From the IMG/VR virus record IMGVR_UViG_3300006201_000009: a stretch of DNA of 64,000 bases; one strand, given 5' to 3'. This document shows positions 44,530-54,854 of the stretch, piece by piece. Positions within the stretch are counted from its first letter, which is position 1. Each line of letters opens with the position of its first letter. A program made the position numbers and the translations under genes. The notes below the pieces were generated by a model. It was not told the DNA's origin. It saw only the letters and a list, made by a program, of their open reading frames with translations, and searched no databases. The stretch comes from a virus. Lineage: Duplodnaviria > Heunggongvirae > Uroviricota > Caudoviricetes.

Positions 44530-45318
44530 TTAGTTGGACGCAGTTTCGTCTTTGTAACCCTTGTATCCGTCTACGCCGTATTTGCTGTTCGTTATGAGGC
44601 GATAGCAGATATCGACGAGTATGCGACGGAAGAACGCATCGTTCGATACGCGAACCGTGAGCATATTTTTGTTGGACTTTTTGCCGTACAAATCGTCGAG
44701 ATATGCCACGTCGTAGTTGTTACATTTGTAGGTCGGCGTATCGCCTTCGTGAGGCAGAATTTCGTCGATGACAGTTTGCAAAAGTTTGCATACCTGCGTA
44801 TTGCTGGTCGGTGTTTTGCCGAGTTTGATTTCGCGAGCCTTTTCTTTAAGGAAGTACGATTTCGCGATTTTGTCTACGTCCGCGCCCAACTCTTTGGCGG
44901 CACGCAAACACATCAACTGATTGAAACAACTCGCGGTGAGTTCCCAATGCGTATCGAGTTTTGCGTGAGAACAGAACGCAAGCAAGTCAATCTGACGCTT
45001 GCGGGTGTCGGGATTGATTGCGATAACGCGAGGATTGTCCTTATCGTCGCTGCGCTTTTCCTTATGCGCCAAAGTTTCGTAACTGTACGCCTTGATGATT
45101 TCGACGATGGGGTTTTCTTTGCCCGCATACTCGCTATACATAGCGATTGCCGCCGCTTTTGCGTAGTCCTTTTCCGCTTTGTCAAGCGCACCCATTGCCG
45201 CATTGTACGCCACGAGGTCTACGGGGTTCTTGCCGAGAGCGTCATTTGCCGCCTTAATCGCAACGTCATACGCTTCTTTTGCGATTTCGCAGGGGGTCTT
45301 CTTTGCTTCGTTTGCCAT
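44530..45318 (-). CDS. Hypothetical protein
   Basis: AGGAG RBS before MANEAKK; the longer 347-aa ORF is rejected. Confidence 0.35.
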   Translation of the reverse strand: MANEAKKTPCEIAKEAYDVAIKAANDALGKNPVDLVAYNAAMGALDKAEKDYAKAAAIAMYSEYAGKENPIVEIIKAYSYETLAHKEKRSDDKDNPRVIAINPDTRKRQIDLLAFCSHAKLDTHWELTASCFNQLMCLRAAKELGADVDKIAKSYFLKEKAREIKLGKTPTSNTQVCKLLQTVIDEILPHEGDTPTYKCNNYDVAYLDDLYGKKSNKNMLTVRVSNDAFFRRILVDICYRLITNSKYGVDGYKGYKDETASN

Positions 45319-46654
45319 AATGTTACACTCCTTGAATGTATGTATTTTTTTGAGCAATCGGTTGAGTATCCACGCCCGCCACGAGGAGGCTTGCTCATTG
45401 GGCGCATCGCCCCACATAACGTGGGGCATAAGGAGGAGAAAAATGAAAGAAGGGCAGAGATTATGCGGGTTTGTGCAAGTTGTCCAATAAAAAGGACACG
45501 AACCGTTCGAGGCATTTTTCGCCCCGTTTTGCGTAATGCGCCGCAATCTCGGACACTTGTGCCAGTGATACATTATCGGCTAAACACAACGCTGCCGAGC
45601 GTTCGGGCATCTCAAAGAGATACTTTTCCATAAACACCTCAAAGCGATTTTTATGTGGGTACGTCCACAAGCGTTAGGCAATTAGCAAAATCACACTCGC
45701 CACGGGAAGGCTTGCCTTTGAGTGCATAAAGAACGCCCCGCGCAATACTGCGCGAAGCGTTCCCATATTACAGCGTATTGCTACGCTAATTGTAAAGTTT
45801 TGATAATTCACGCTATTCAAAATCCGTTTCAGACGTACACCGAATACACGCTAACACCCCTTGGGGCATAGTCGCATACATACTCGCACGACGGGATTAC
45901 CTTCGATTTGACAAACATAACGCCGTTTGTCTTACCCACTTGGGGCAAGTAACGCTATGCTGGCGCACCATTGTACGAAAGTCGTAATAATGACATCACG
46001 CATAGACACACGTTGCACAAGCCGAGTTTAGGTTTGATGCCATACCTGTTGCCATTTTCACTATCTGACGCGCAAAGGGGCTTAATTCCGCGATTGCTTA
46101 ACCGACGCATTTTTGATTTGGCTGAATGTACAGCCTTATGCTTGCGCATATGCCACTCATCACTATACCCTGATGGTGAATAGGTCGAGCGCAAAAAGCA
46201 CTCAATGTTAGGCAAGTTCGCCGATATTACTATCGCCCACGCTACACCACGCGGAGGTTTGCCTATGTAGCGCAACACCAATGTGTGGACGTCCCTATTA
46301 AAGGGAACGCCCCACATAATTGAAAGTTAAACAAGTTTGTGTCTTGACTGTCCGCAAGTCATAGTTGTTGTAATGAACGCTATGCCGTCCACCCTTACGG
46401 GGCGCGTTTGGCACGCGACGCCCCATAGGTAATTAGTCCCTATGGTAACTGTTTTATATACGGTCGTGATGTGATGCACGACATAAAACCTAATTAAACG
46501 TAACGCAAGAGGTTTGTTTGCGTTGTGTCCGCTCACTTAAAGAGTAGCGGGGGGCGGGGTGTCCGTCCGTGTGGGCGGTTGCCGTGTCCGCTCACTTAAA
46601 GAGTAGCGGGGGGCGGGGTGTCCGTGTCATACGCTCGCGGGCGCACGGCAAACA

Positions 46655-46692
46655 CGGCAAAAAGAAAACCCCCGCGGGGGCGGGGGTTTAGG
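46655..46692 (-). terminator. Rho-independent terminator (GC hairpin CCCCCGC/GCGGGGG followed by U-tract on minus strand)
   Basis: aaaacccccgcgggggcgggggttt; on minus strand hairpin then TTTTCTTTTTG, just after the stop of 46705-47454. Confidence 0.55.
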
Positions 46693-46704
46693 TGGTTGCG
46701 GTGG

Positions 46705-47454
46705 TTATGCGTTAGCGGGTTGCGCTTGCTTGTATGTGGTGTATTTGCGTTGTATCGCTTGTAAATGCTCTTGTAGCGTTTTGCGGTGTATTTTCAAAAT
46801 GTCCGCTATTTGGTGTACGCTTTTACCGCTCAGCCGATAGCGTAAAATTTGCGCTTGTCGGCTTGTCAAATTTAACGCTTTAATCGTTGCGGTTACTTGC
46901 TTAAAGTCCGTTGCCGTTGGCATATCCCATTCGGCGGGTATTTCGTAGTAAAGCGTGTTGCCGTCCGCGCCGATTTCGTCCACATATACCCGCTTGTAGT
47001 CGTGTTGACGCTCGCCCATAATATAGCGGTTTACGGCTCTAAAACACGCCCGCAAAATGGTTGCGGGGTTGCCGTCCTTGTCTGTCTGTCCGTCCGCTGT
47101 CGCGTCTTGTAACGTCTTGCCGATATAGTCGCATAAAAACGCGCTCGCCGTTTGCGCTATGTCGTAGCCGTCCGACAACGGCGCGCCCGTCTTTTTGTTT
47201 TCGGTGATGTCCGCGACAAGTCCGCAATATAACGAGTATATAAAAGGCTGTCCGCCTTTTTGGTAGCAAGTTTTTAACGCTCTAATCGCTATACGCTCGC
47301 CCATTGTTTGCACGCTGTCCGCCGTGATAATTTCGGCGGGGTTTGCCGTGTCCGTTATGGGCGCGGGCGGGGTTTGCTTGCGGTTGCGCTTGCTTGCGGT
47401 TGCGGGGTTTGCTTGCCTTGCCGTCTTCGGCTGTTTGGTGTTGGTGGTTTTCAT
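46705..47454 (-). CDS. ECF-like sigma factor (region 2/region 4 with C-terminal HTH), high-GC gene
   Basis: C-terminal LTSRQAQILRYRLSGKSVHQIADILKIHRKTLQEHLQAIQRK (sigma region 4/LuxR-type HTH); GC content much higher than rest of phage. Confidence 0.45.
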   Translation of the reverse strand: MKTTNTKQPKTARQANPATASKRNRKQTPPAPITDTANPAEIITADSVQTMGERIAIRALKTCYQKGGQPFIYSLYCGLVADITENKKTGAPLSDGYDIAQTASAFLCDYIGKTLQDATADGQTDKDGNPATILRACFRAVNRYIMGERQHDYKRVYVDEIGADGNTLYYEIPAEWDMPTATDFKQVTATIKALNLTSRQAQILRYRLSGKSVHQIADILKIHRKTLQEHLQAIQRKYTTYKQAQPANA

Positions 47455-48467
47455 TTTTGTTTGTCCTTTGCCCTATATTTTGTTGACAACGGCGGGCGGG
47501 TGTTGTCGTGGTATAGTATAAAGGGCGGGCGGGGTGTTGTCAATGATTTTTGGCAAAATTTTTTCAAAAATATTTTTTCAAAACCTATTGACAACGGCGC
47601 GAAAAAGTGCCACCGCGTGGGGGTGCGCGTGCGCGTGTTATGCGCGGTTATTTCGTCGCGTGTGTGTGCGTGTCGCGTGGGTGTGGGTTTGCCCGCTGTC
47701 CGTGTCCGTCCGTCCGCTTGTCGGCGGTTTTGGCGGTTTGGTGTGGGCGTCCGTTTGGCTGTCGGCTGTCCGTGTGTGGGTGTGTTTGGTGTGGTGGTGT
47801 GGTGGTGTGGGTATGCGGGCGCGTGTTTTCCTTTACGGCTCACGGAATAACCGAAAACGCGCAACGGCTCACGGCTTGCGGGGGTCCGTGTGCTTGCGGT
47901 TGCGCTTGCCGTCCGTGTCCGTGTCGGCTGTTTTCGTCCGTCCGTCAAATATTATCTTTTTAACGTTGATAATATCGCCGTATAGTCGGGGGGTATTTTA
48001 CACGAAAACGGCAACCGAAAAACGGCGAACAGTGTGTGTCCGCTCACCATCACTCCCACAAACATTTCCCCGAACACCGACACCTCTTACCTCGGTGGAT
48101 CGTTTCGGAAACTTTCCCAATAGTGGGGGAGAATTTAGAAACGGGAATCTTGGCATTTTTTCTTGATCCATACAATCAATTTGTAAATTCTCCCGCACAG
48201 TAGGCATCTTTTCCGAAGACCTGCCAAATTCACAAAATAGGGCACATTTTACATGGCTCCGAACTGCACCCTTATTTGTGCCCGCAGCTGCTTTAGTAAC
48301 GGAGAGCTTCTTATATTATATATAGTAACAGTAAGCTCCCTTATATATAGCTTATAGTAACAGTAAGCTTACAGCGTATGCTCTCTTAGTTCAGAGTATA
48401 AAAGAAAAAAAATAAATAAAAAAAAGAAAGAAAACCTAAAATTTTTTTATTTTTTTTCGTAAAAACA

Positions 48468-48496
48468 CTTGACTTATGTCTAAATATGTTTTATAA
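48468..48496 (+). promoter_or_regulatory. Consensus sigma70 promoter TTGACTTATGTCTAAATATGTTTTATAAT heading the plus-strand gene block
   Basis: TTGACT, 17 nt, TATAAT exact; followed by ~300-nt leader before first plus gene. Confidence 0.6.
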
Positions 48497-48810
48497 TTAA
48501 AGGGTAATCTGAAGTGAATGAGATAATAAAGATATTCGCCTGATTGAAACCCATAGCCCCTCGGGCTGCAATCGACAAGAGTGCAATTACCCAGAGCTGC
48601 CTTGTTCCTATTGCTAACTGCGAGCGTCGTAAGCGGCGTCACAGCGAGCAGCCTATTAGGAAAAGTGGTAGCAAAATTGCTACTTTATTATCTCTTTCTT
48701 TTTAAGGGCACCAAATTCCGCCCCTACCATACGGGATAATTTTTTCGATTTGCAACCCCCAGGGTTGCATTTTTGATTTTTACCCCCTATAATTGGGGTT
48801 TGGAGGACGA

Positions 48811-50136
48811 ATGAAAGTTAAAGTTTGCGATGCTTTATGCGGCGCAGGCAAGACGGTATCTTGCATCAATATGATGAACTCCGACACGGAGCACAAATAT
48901 ATATTTGTAACGCCGTATCTCAACGAAGTAGACCGTATTAAAAATGCTTGTACGGACAGGGGGTTCGTATCCCCCGAAAAAACTTACGACAGCCACTTTT
49001 CAAAGATACGAGATTTACCTAAGTTGCTCGCGGCTGGCAAGAATATAGTCAGCACTCACGCACTCTTCTCATGTTATACGGATGAGATCAAAGACTTGAT
49101 CCGAGAACAAGGATACATACTTGTTCTTGATGAGGTAATAGATTTGTTCCAGCCGGTAGATATAGACCGCGGCGATATTGACTTCCTTAAACGCAACAAG
49201 ATTGCCAGAGAGGAAGGGGATAATATCATCTGGGAAGACGATGACTATAATGGTGTAGCGTTCAGCGAAGTGATGAGGTTGTCAAAGTCCAGAGATATGG
49301 TCAACTACGACGGATCGTTCTACTTCTGGGCGTTACCGATAGATGTGTTTAACTGTTTCTCTGGTGTGTACGTGCTAACTTATCTGTTTGAATACCAGCT
49401 CCTAAAATACTTTTTTGAAGTGAACGGTGTTGAGTATGAACTCATAGGCACGACCAAGAAGAACGGTACGTATCAATTCTGCCCGTTGGACGAAATGAAT
49501 AGGGCGCAGGATTTACGGGAAAAGATACATATCAATATGAGCGAACGCTTTAACGAAATAGGATATGAAAACTTCTCTCTCTCGTCCGGTTGGTTCGAGC
49601 GAGCTGAAAGAGAAGAAGGGCAGCCCAAGTTGGCTGTTTTACAAAACAACTTATACAACATATTTAGACACAAGGGAGTGGGTACAAACGATAAAATGTG
49701 GACGACACTCAACAAGTACAGAAAGTATTTGAAGGGCAAGGGATACGCAAACAACTTCCTGACGTTCAATCGCCGCGCATCAAATGACTACGTTGAAAAA
49801 CATCATTTAGCATATTGTCTCAACGTGTATATGATGCCTTGGATGAAGAACTATCTGGTGAGACTCGGCATCGATGACATCAACCAAGATATGTATGCGC
49901 TGTCGGTTCTTATTCAATGGATATTCAGGTCTGGGATACGGAACGGAGAGGAAATCTGGGTGTACGTGCCGAGCGGACGCATGAGGTATCTGCTTAAAAC
50001 TTGGCTTGATAATCTTGCCGAGGGTAACGATCTTAAAGAAATTAAATTCAGTATGAAGAACTTAAATAGGCTTGGTGTGGCTGCCTACCAAATGAAAAAA
50101 GCAGCGAGGACTAAAAATAAGGAGGCTAACAAATAA
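48811..50136 (+). CDS. P-loop NTPase (Walker A GAGKT, Walker B-like VLDEV); function unassigned
   Basis: CDALCGAGKTVSC; YILVLDEVIDL; GGAGG RBS before MKVKV. Confidence 0.4.
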   Translation: MKVKVCDALCGAGKTVSCINMMNSDTEHKYIFVTPYLNEVDRIKNACTDRGFVSPEKTYDSHFSKIRDLPKLLAAGKNIVSTHALFSCYTDEIKDLIREQGYILVLDEVIDLFQPVDIDRGDIDFLKRNKIAREEGDNIIWEDDDYNGVAFSEVMRLSKSRDMVNYDGSFYFWALPIDVFNCFSGVYVLTYLFEYQLLKYFFEVNGVEYELIGTTKKNGTYQFCPLDEMNRAQDLREKIHINMSERFNEIGYENFSLSSGWFERAEREEGQPKLAVLQNNLYNIFRHKGVGTNDKMWTTLNKYRKYLKGKGYANNFLTFNRRASNDYVEKHHLAYCLNVYMMPWMKNYLVRLGIDDINQDMYALSVLIQWIFRSGIRNGEEIWVYVPSGRMRYLLKTWLDNLAEGNDLKEIKFSMKNLNRLGVAAYQMKKAARTKNKEANK

Positions 50137-50324
50137 TGAAGACTTGCGAAAACTGCTATTGGGCTGACAAATGCCCCGATGCCGGTAAGCGCTGTGAATA
50201 TTACGATCCGATTATCGGCGGAGAAAACATTGTACGCAGAGAGTATGAAGAAGCGTTGACGGAGCGCGTCGAAGAATACAACGACCTCGTGCGCGAACAA
50301 CAAGACGATTATTACGGAGATTAA
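50136..50324 (+). CDS. Small Cys-rich protein
   Basis: CENCYWADKCPDAGKRC. Confidence 0.3.
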   Translation: MKTCENCYWADKCPDAGKRCEYYDPIIGGENIVRREYEEALTERVEEYNDLVREQQDDYYGD

Positions 50325-53126
50325 ATGAAGACAAGGTCAATAAGGATATTATCACTGGAATCTAAGGACATATACGCCGCGATGAATTTGGTAAACGGAG
50401 ACGGGCGCGGCTATAACATAAGGAACAAAGACGGAGCCATTTCGCTACGCAAATTCGAGAACACGCTCGATTGGAGCTTGGACACAATCAAACTGCAAGA
50501 AGAATACGAAAAGGCTGTTCGGCGCAGAGACTTCTACTTTATGGTAAACAAGCGGAAGTACACACAGGTTATCATCAATGTAAAATTCTCTTATTCATAT
50601 AAGGAGTTTAACAAAGTCGGGAAGAACGTGTTTGTGCGCGACGGATATGACTTCAGAGAATGCGTATTTACGGATGGAGTTTGCATTAAAGACGGTTTGC
50701 TTATAGGCATTCAAACAAACGTAGAAGTATTGAACGCAGCACCGAAGGATTTAATCCCGTCATACTTTACATACGCAGACGGTTGCTATCAACAGACAGG
50801 CGCAATACCTGTCATAAAAAATAAGGCGGACTTGCGGCAAGAACTTTACGAGAACGGTTTTATGTGCGACGGTGTTAAGTACGTGAGATACAAGAGAAGT
50901 GCGGGTAGCAGCAGAGTCGGTAAGTGCTTGTTCGTAAATGAGATTGTAGCAAAAAGAATGGCTCGTTGGGATAGGTGCGGATTAAGTATTCGCGACAACG
51001 CGCCGATAGACCTCGCTTCCTACGAAGCGTATATCGCATTACCTATGAGCAGCATTATAGACACAATGATTATTGAGCCAGAAAACATTCTCATTGTTGA
51101 CGATTTTGAAAGTACATTCAAAGACAGGGTTATTGCCGTAGAAGAAAAAGACGGAAGACTCACCGCCAGCGAAAAAGATGTCGAAGTATCTAACAATATC
51201 TGGGACGGAGAGTCGTTGCTTGACATAAGTATGTTCGGCAAATATGCGAGCAAAGGTATGGTCTTGCTGAGAAACCGTTTCTTTAAGACGTGCGCGTTCA
51301 ATGCAAATATACAAAAATGGTTTGCAGACAACGGTGTTACGAGCGTTGATCAGCTTAATGGCTTCACACTTGCTACGGATATTTCGCAAGTAAAATTGAT
51401 AACCACTCCGAGCAGCGTTAAGTATTTGAAGTTCGGCAGTATGGAAGACTGGCTTGCAAACATAGAACACACATTCGGCGTTGTTAAATATGAAAAGGAA
51501 ACTCACTTCTTTGATGGGCGAATGGTGCAATGTCACTACCAGCTTTTGAACACATTGCAATTAGCATATAAAGACGTAGAAGAACTTTTGAAACCGTCAT
51601 TGGATTATGTTGGCTCTATACGACAAGACCCCGCCGTGCTTCGTTATCATATCGGTTACGCATTCAAAAATGAAGGCGAAGATGAAGAGATAAGCTCGCT
51701 GACAACGAAGAACGAAATTATATTCAAGTTGCTTGGTATCAACGACAAGTTCAGTTGCACAAAAATCTATAAAGAGTTCCGCGATGCGATTGTTAAAGGG
51801 TTCTTCCGTAATTTGAAACGTGGACACATTTTACTCAATGGCAATTATTCAACGTTGCTCGGAAACGGATTAGAGTTGTTGAAGCAAGCAATTGGAACAT
51901 TCGATGGGTCGAGTGAAATCGGCGTAGGGAATATACATAGCCACAGGTTCGATTATGGTAAGACTGTTCTGGGTTCACGTAGTCCTCACGTTACGATGGG
52001 TAACATACTACTCTCAACTAACGTTGCAAATGCGGACATCGACACTTATTTCAATATGACCAACGAAATCGTTTATATCAATTCGATAGGCGAGAATATT
52101 TTGCAAAGGTTATCCGGCGCAGATATGGACAGCGACACAATGTTGTTGACCGATAATGAGTTGTTGATCAAGACGGCACAAAAGAATTATAATGTTTACT
52201 TGGTTCCTACGAACTGTGTGAGCGCACAAAAGACAAAACGCAGATACAACTCCAAGGACAAAGCAGACCTCGACGTTAGAACGAGCGTCAATAAAATTGG
52301 CGAGATAGTAAATCTTTCGCAACAATTAAATAGTTTGTATTGGGAGCGTCTTAATGGTGGAACGAGCATTGATTCAAACAAAGAGTTGTACTGGGATATT
52401 TGCAAATTGGATGTACTGTCAGGCGTAGAAATTGACAAGGCTAAGAAAGAGTTTACTATAGACAGCGGAAAGGAAATCGACATTCTTAAGCGCAAATATC
52501 ACTTGGAGGAAGATGGTAAAACTTTGAAGCCAATGTTCTTCAAGATGATTACGACCGAAAATGGATACGCACTTCCGCCAGATACGATGTACAGATATTT
52601 TGAAACGCCAATGGATTATTTACAGAAGATTATATCTTCGGCAAACTACCGCCAAGCACGCTTAACCAATAAAGACATCATTCCTTTAATGGACATCATT
52701 AAAAAGCCGAGTGGGAAAAGCGGGGCATACAACACCGTTCGGGATAAAATTATCGAGATGATTAAATTTTATAAGACGCGCATCTCAGAAACGTACATTG
52801 GGTATGACGACAAAGATAAGATAGGCAAGCAGCTTGCACGCGAAATAGCAATGCAATTAAAGCAAGAATGTGAAAATGCCATAAGCAAAATGTCATCGCA
52901 CGAATATCTCATGTATCTGGTTCTTAAGGAAGTAGAAAAAAAGGAAAATCGCTCGATTAAAAATTTAATGTTTGAGATTATGTTCGGTAAGCCGGATGAG
53001 ACATTTATGAAGATGGTCGCAGCGAGTAGGGAGTGTGTGTATATGCTCGTTGAAGACGCAGAGGGAGACGAAAAATATTATGATTTTTCCTTCAAAAGAG
53101 CCGCGTCATCCGAGGAATTTTCGTAA
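50325..53126 (+). CDS. Large hypothetical protein (933 aa)
   Basis: Long ORF; no confident polymerase/structural motifs recognised by eye. Confidence 0.4.
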   Translation: MKTRSIRILSLESKDIYAAMNLVNGDGRGYNIRNKDGAISLRKFENTLDWSLDTIKLQEEYEKAVRRRDFYFMVNKRKYTQVIINVKFSYSYKEFNKVGKNVFVRDGYDFRECVFTDGVCIKDGLLIGIQTNVEVLNAAPKDLIPSYFTYADGCYQQTGAIPVIKNKADLRQELYENGFMCDGVKYVRYKRSAGSSRVGKCLFVNEIVAKRMARWDRCGLSIRDNAPIDLASYEAYIALPMSSIIDTMIIEPENILIVDDFESTFKDRVIAVEEKDGRLTASEKDVEVSNNIWDGESLLDISMFGKYASKGMVLLRNRFFKTCAFNANIQKWFADNGVTSVDQLNGFTLATDISQVKLITTPSSVKYLKFGSMEDWLANIEHTFGVVKYEKETHFFDGRMVQCHYQLLNTLQLAYKDVEELLKPSLDYVGSIRQDPAVLRYHIGYAFKNEGEDEEISSLTTKNEIIFKLLGINDKFSCTKIYKEFRDAIVKGFFRNLKRGHILLNGNYSTLLGNGLELLKQAIGTFDGSSEIGVGNIHSHRFDYGKTVLGSRSPHVTMGNILLSTNVANADIDTYFNMTNEIVYINSIGENILQRLSGADMDSDTMLLTDNELLIKTAQKNYNVYLVPTNCVSAQKTKRRYNSKDKADLDVRTSVNKIGEIVNLSQQLNSLYWERLNGGTSIDSNKELYWDICKLDVLSGVEIDKAKKEFTIDSGKEIDILKRKYHLEEDGKTLKPMFFKMITTENGYALPPDTMYRYFETPMDYLQKIISSANYRQARLTNKDIIPLMDIIKKPSGKSGAYNTVRDKIIEMIKFYKTRISETYIGYDDKDKIGKQLAREIAMQLKQECENAISKMSSHEYLMYLVLKEVEKKENRSIKNLMFEIMFGKPDETFMKMVAASRECVYMLVEDAEGDEKYYDFSFKRAASSEEFS

Positions 53127-53304
53127 AAAACTTACAAAAATAAGCCAATAAAATACACCGTCAAAAAAACGCGGTGTTAAAAAACGCCCTACTATACGAC
53201 ATATTTAGACACATAAAAATTAAAAAATTGTTGTCGTATAGGAAAGAGAACAAAACACAACTCCCTATGGGAGTTACCAGATAAGATTAAGGAGGGATAA
53301 GGAC

Positions 53305-54534
53305 TTGAGTGATATCGACCAAGAACTGCAAAAGTACGGTCTTAGCAGAGAACAATACGAGCTCTGCTTGAAAGATATTAAAGACAAAATCAATGGTTCA
53401 AACGATATGGATTGGGCGGAAATCGTTGCCAAATACGAAATCGATTGTCATAGTGACACGCTGAGGAAAGCGAGTCAAACAATATTCGGCGGTAAGTTCG
53501 TAGCTGACTACTTTGCCGAAAAGAAATCGGTTGACAATGCGGGCGATGGCTATCTCGCACAGCTACGCCTTGAAAAAGAAGAAGTACGAAGAGAGCGCCA
53601 AAAACTCAGTGACGAGAAGCTTGAATACAATCGGTGGTTGAGAGAACAAGCAAGGGATGAATTGATCTGCGAAAAAATTTGCGGAGCCGTCAGAGAGTTA
53701 GAGCCGCTGCCGCTACCATCACCTATACCTTACAATCATCAAGAAACGGTTGGTGTGTTGTGCTTCGGAGATACGCATTATGGCACAGAGTTTACAATCA
53801 AAGGTTTGTACGGAGACATTGTGAACGCATATAGTCCGGAAATCTTTGAACAGCGTATGGACGAGTTGCTTGCACAGACAATAGCAAAAGTACAAAGAGA
53901 AGGCTTTACAAAAATTAAAGTCTATTCGCTTGGGGATGAGCTTGATGGTTGTCTACGTGCGTCTCAGCTTATGAAATTGAGGTACGGAGTCGTTGAAGCA
54001 ACAATCAAATATGCAGACTACATTTGCAGATGGCTCGCAAAACTTACCGAATACGTTTGCGTTGACTTTCAAATGGTGGGAGGAAATCATACCGAGTTGC
54101 GTATGTTGAACCAACCAAAAGGAACATTCAAAGACGATAATATGAGCGAGATTATCCGCAACTTCATTAAGACAAGATTGCAAGATAATCAAAACTTCAA
54201 AATGGGAGAGAATACGAGCGGCTTGATCTACGACGAAGTGATGGGATATAGCGTGCTTGCAATACACGGTGAAGTTAAAAATCTTGCCACGGCAATACAT
54301 AACTTCGGTAACTTGTACCACACGAATATCGATATTCTTATCGGCGGACATATGCACCATTCCCATACGGAAACGGTCGGAGTAAATCGCGACGTTATCA
54401 GTATTCCGTCAGTCATCGGCATTGATGATTATTCGGTACAACTTGGGAAGGCTTCAAACGCCGGTGCAACGTTCTTACTCATTGAAAGCGGTAAAGGAAT
54501 TGTGGAACAAACCACATTCAAGTTTTCAATATAA
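53305..54534 (+). CDS. Metallophosphoesterase-domain protein (Mre11/SbcD-like fold?), TTG start
   Basis: GDTHYG, GDELDG, GGNHTE, GGHMHH motifs; AAGGAGGG RBS. Confidence 0.5.
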   Translation: MSDIDQELQKYGLSREQYELCLKDIKDKINGSNDMDWAEIVAKYEIDCHSDTLRKASQTIFGGKFVADYFAEKKSVDNAGDGYLAQLRLEKEEVRRERQKLSDEKLEYNRWLREQARDELICEKICGAVRELEPLPLPSPIPYNHQETVGVLCFGDTHYGTEFTIKGLYGDIVNAYSPEIFEQRMDELLAQTIAKVQREGFTKIKVYSLGDELDGCLRASQLMKLRYGVVEATIKYADYICRWLAKLTEYVCVDFQMVGGNHTELRMLNQPKGTFKDDNMSEIIRNFIKTRLQDNQNFKMGENTSGLIYDEVMGYSVLAIHGEVKNLATAIHNFGNLYHTNIDILIGGHMHHSHTETVGVNRDVISIPSVIGIDDYSVQLGKASNAGATFLLIESGKGIVEQTTFKFSI

Positions 54535-54556
54535 CTGATTAAAGGAATACAAGGAA

Positions 54557-54835
54557 ATGATAAACAGAAAACAATTCGGCAGAAGGTTTGCCGAGACATA
54601 CGGTATTACATATCAAGATGCGGAGCAGATATGCAGAAACGCATTTGAATTACTCGGTAAGTTGCTTTACGAAGAAAAACAAGATGTTGTCATACATGGC
54701 TTCGGTGCATTTAAGCACAAGAAAGCAAAGCAAAAAAATGTAAGACATCCAGGCACGGGTGAGATGATAACGACACCCGAAAGAGATTTCGTAAAGTTCA
54801 CTCCGTCAGAGTTGCTTGATATAAAAGAAGATTAA
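54557..54835 (+). CDS. hup: HU/IHF-family DNA-binding protein
   Basis: FGAFKHKKAKQKNVRHPGTGEMITTPERDFVKF (arm region), 92 aa. Confidence 0.6.
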   Translation: MINRKQFGRRFAETYGITYQDAEQICRNAFELLGKLLYEEKQDVVIHGFGAFKHKKAKQKNVRHPGTGEMITTPERDFVKFTPSELLDIKED

Positions 54836-54854
54836 ACATTATTAGGAGGGGCGG

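Noticed and set aside
47308-48207. Several overlapping ORFs (180, 210, 118, 165, 69 aa) in the GT-rich region
   Set aside because: Low-complexity, compositionally biased sequence yields long stop-free frames on both strands. Their products are Cys/Gly/Val/Arg repeats with no RBS, so they are treated as non-coding.
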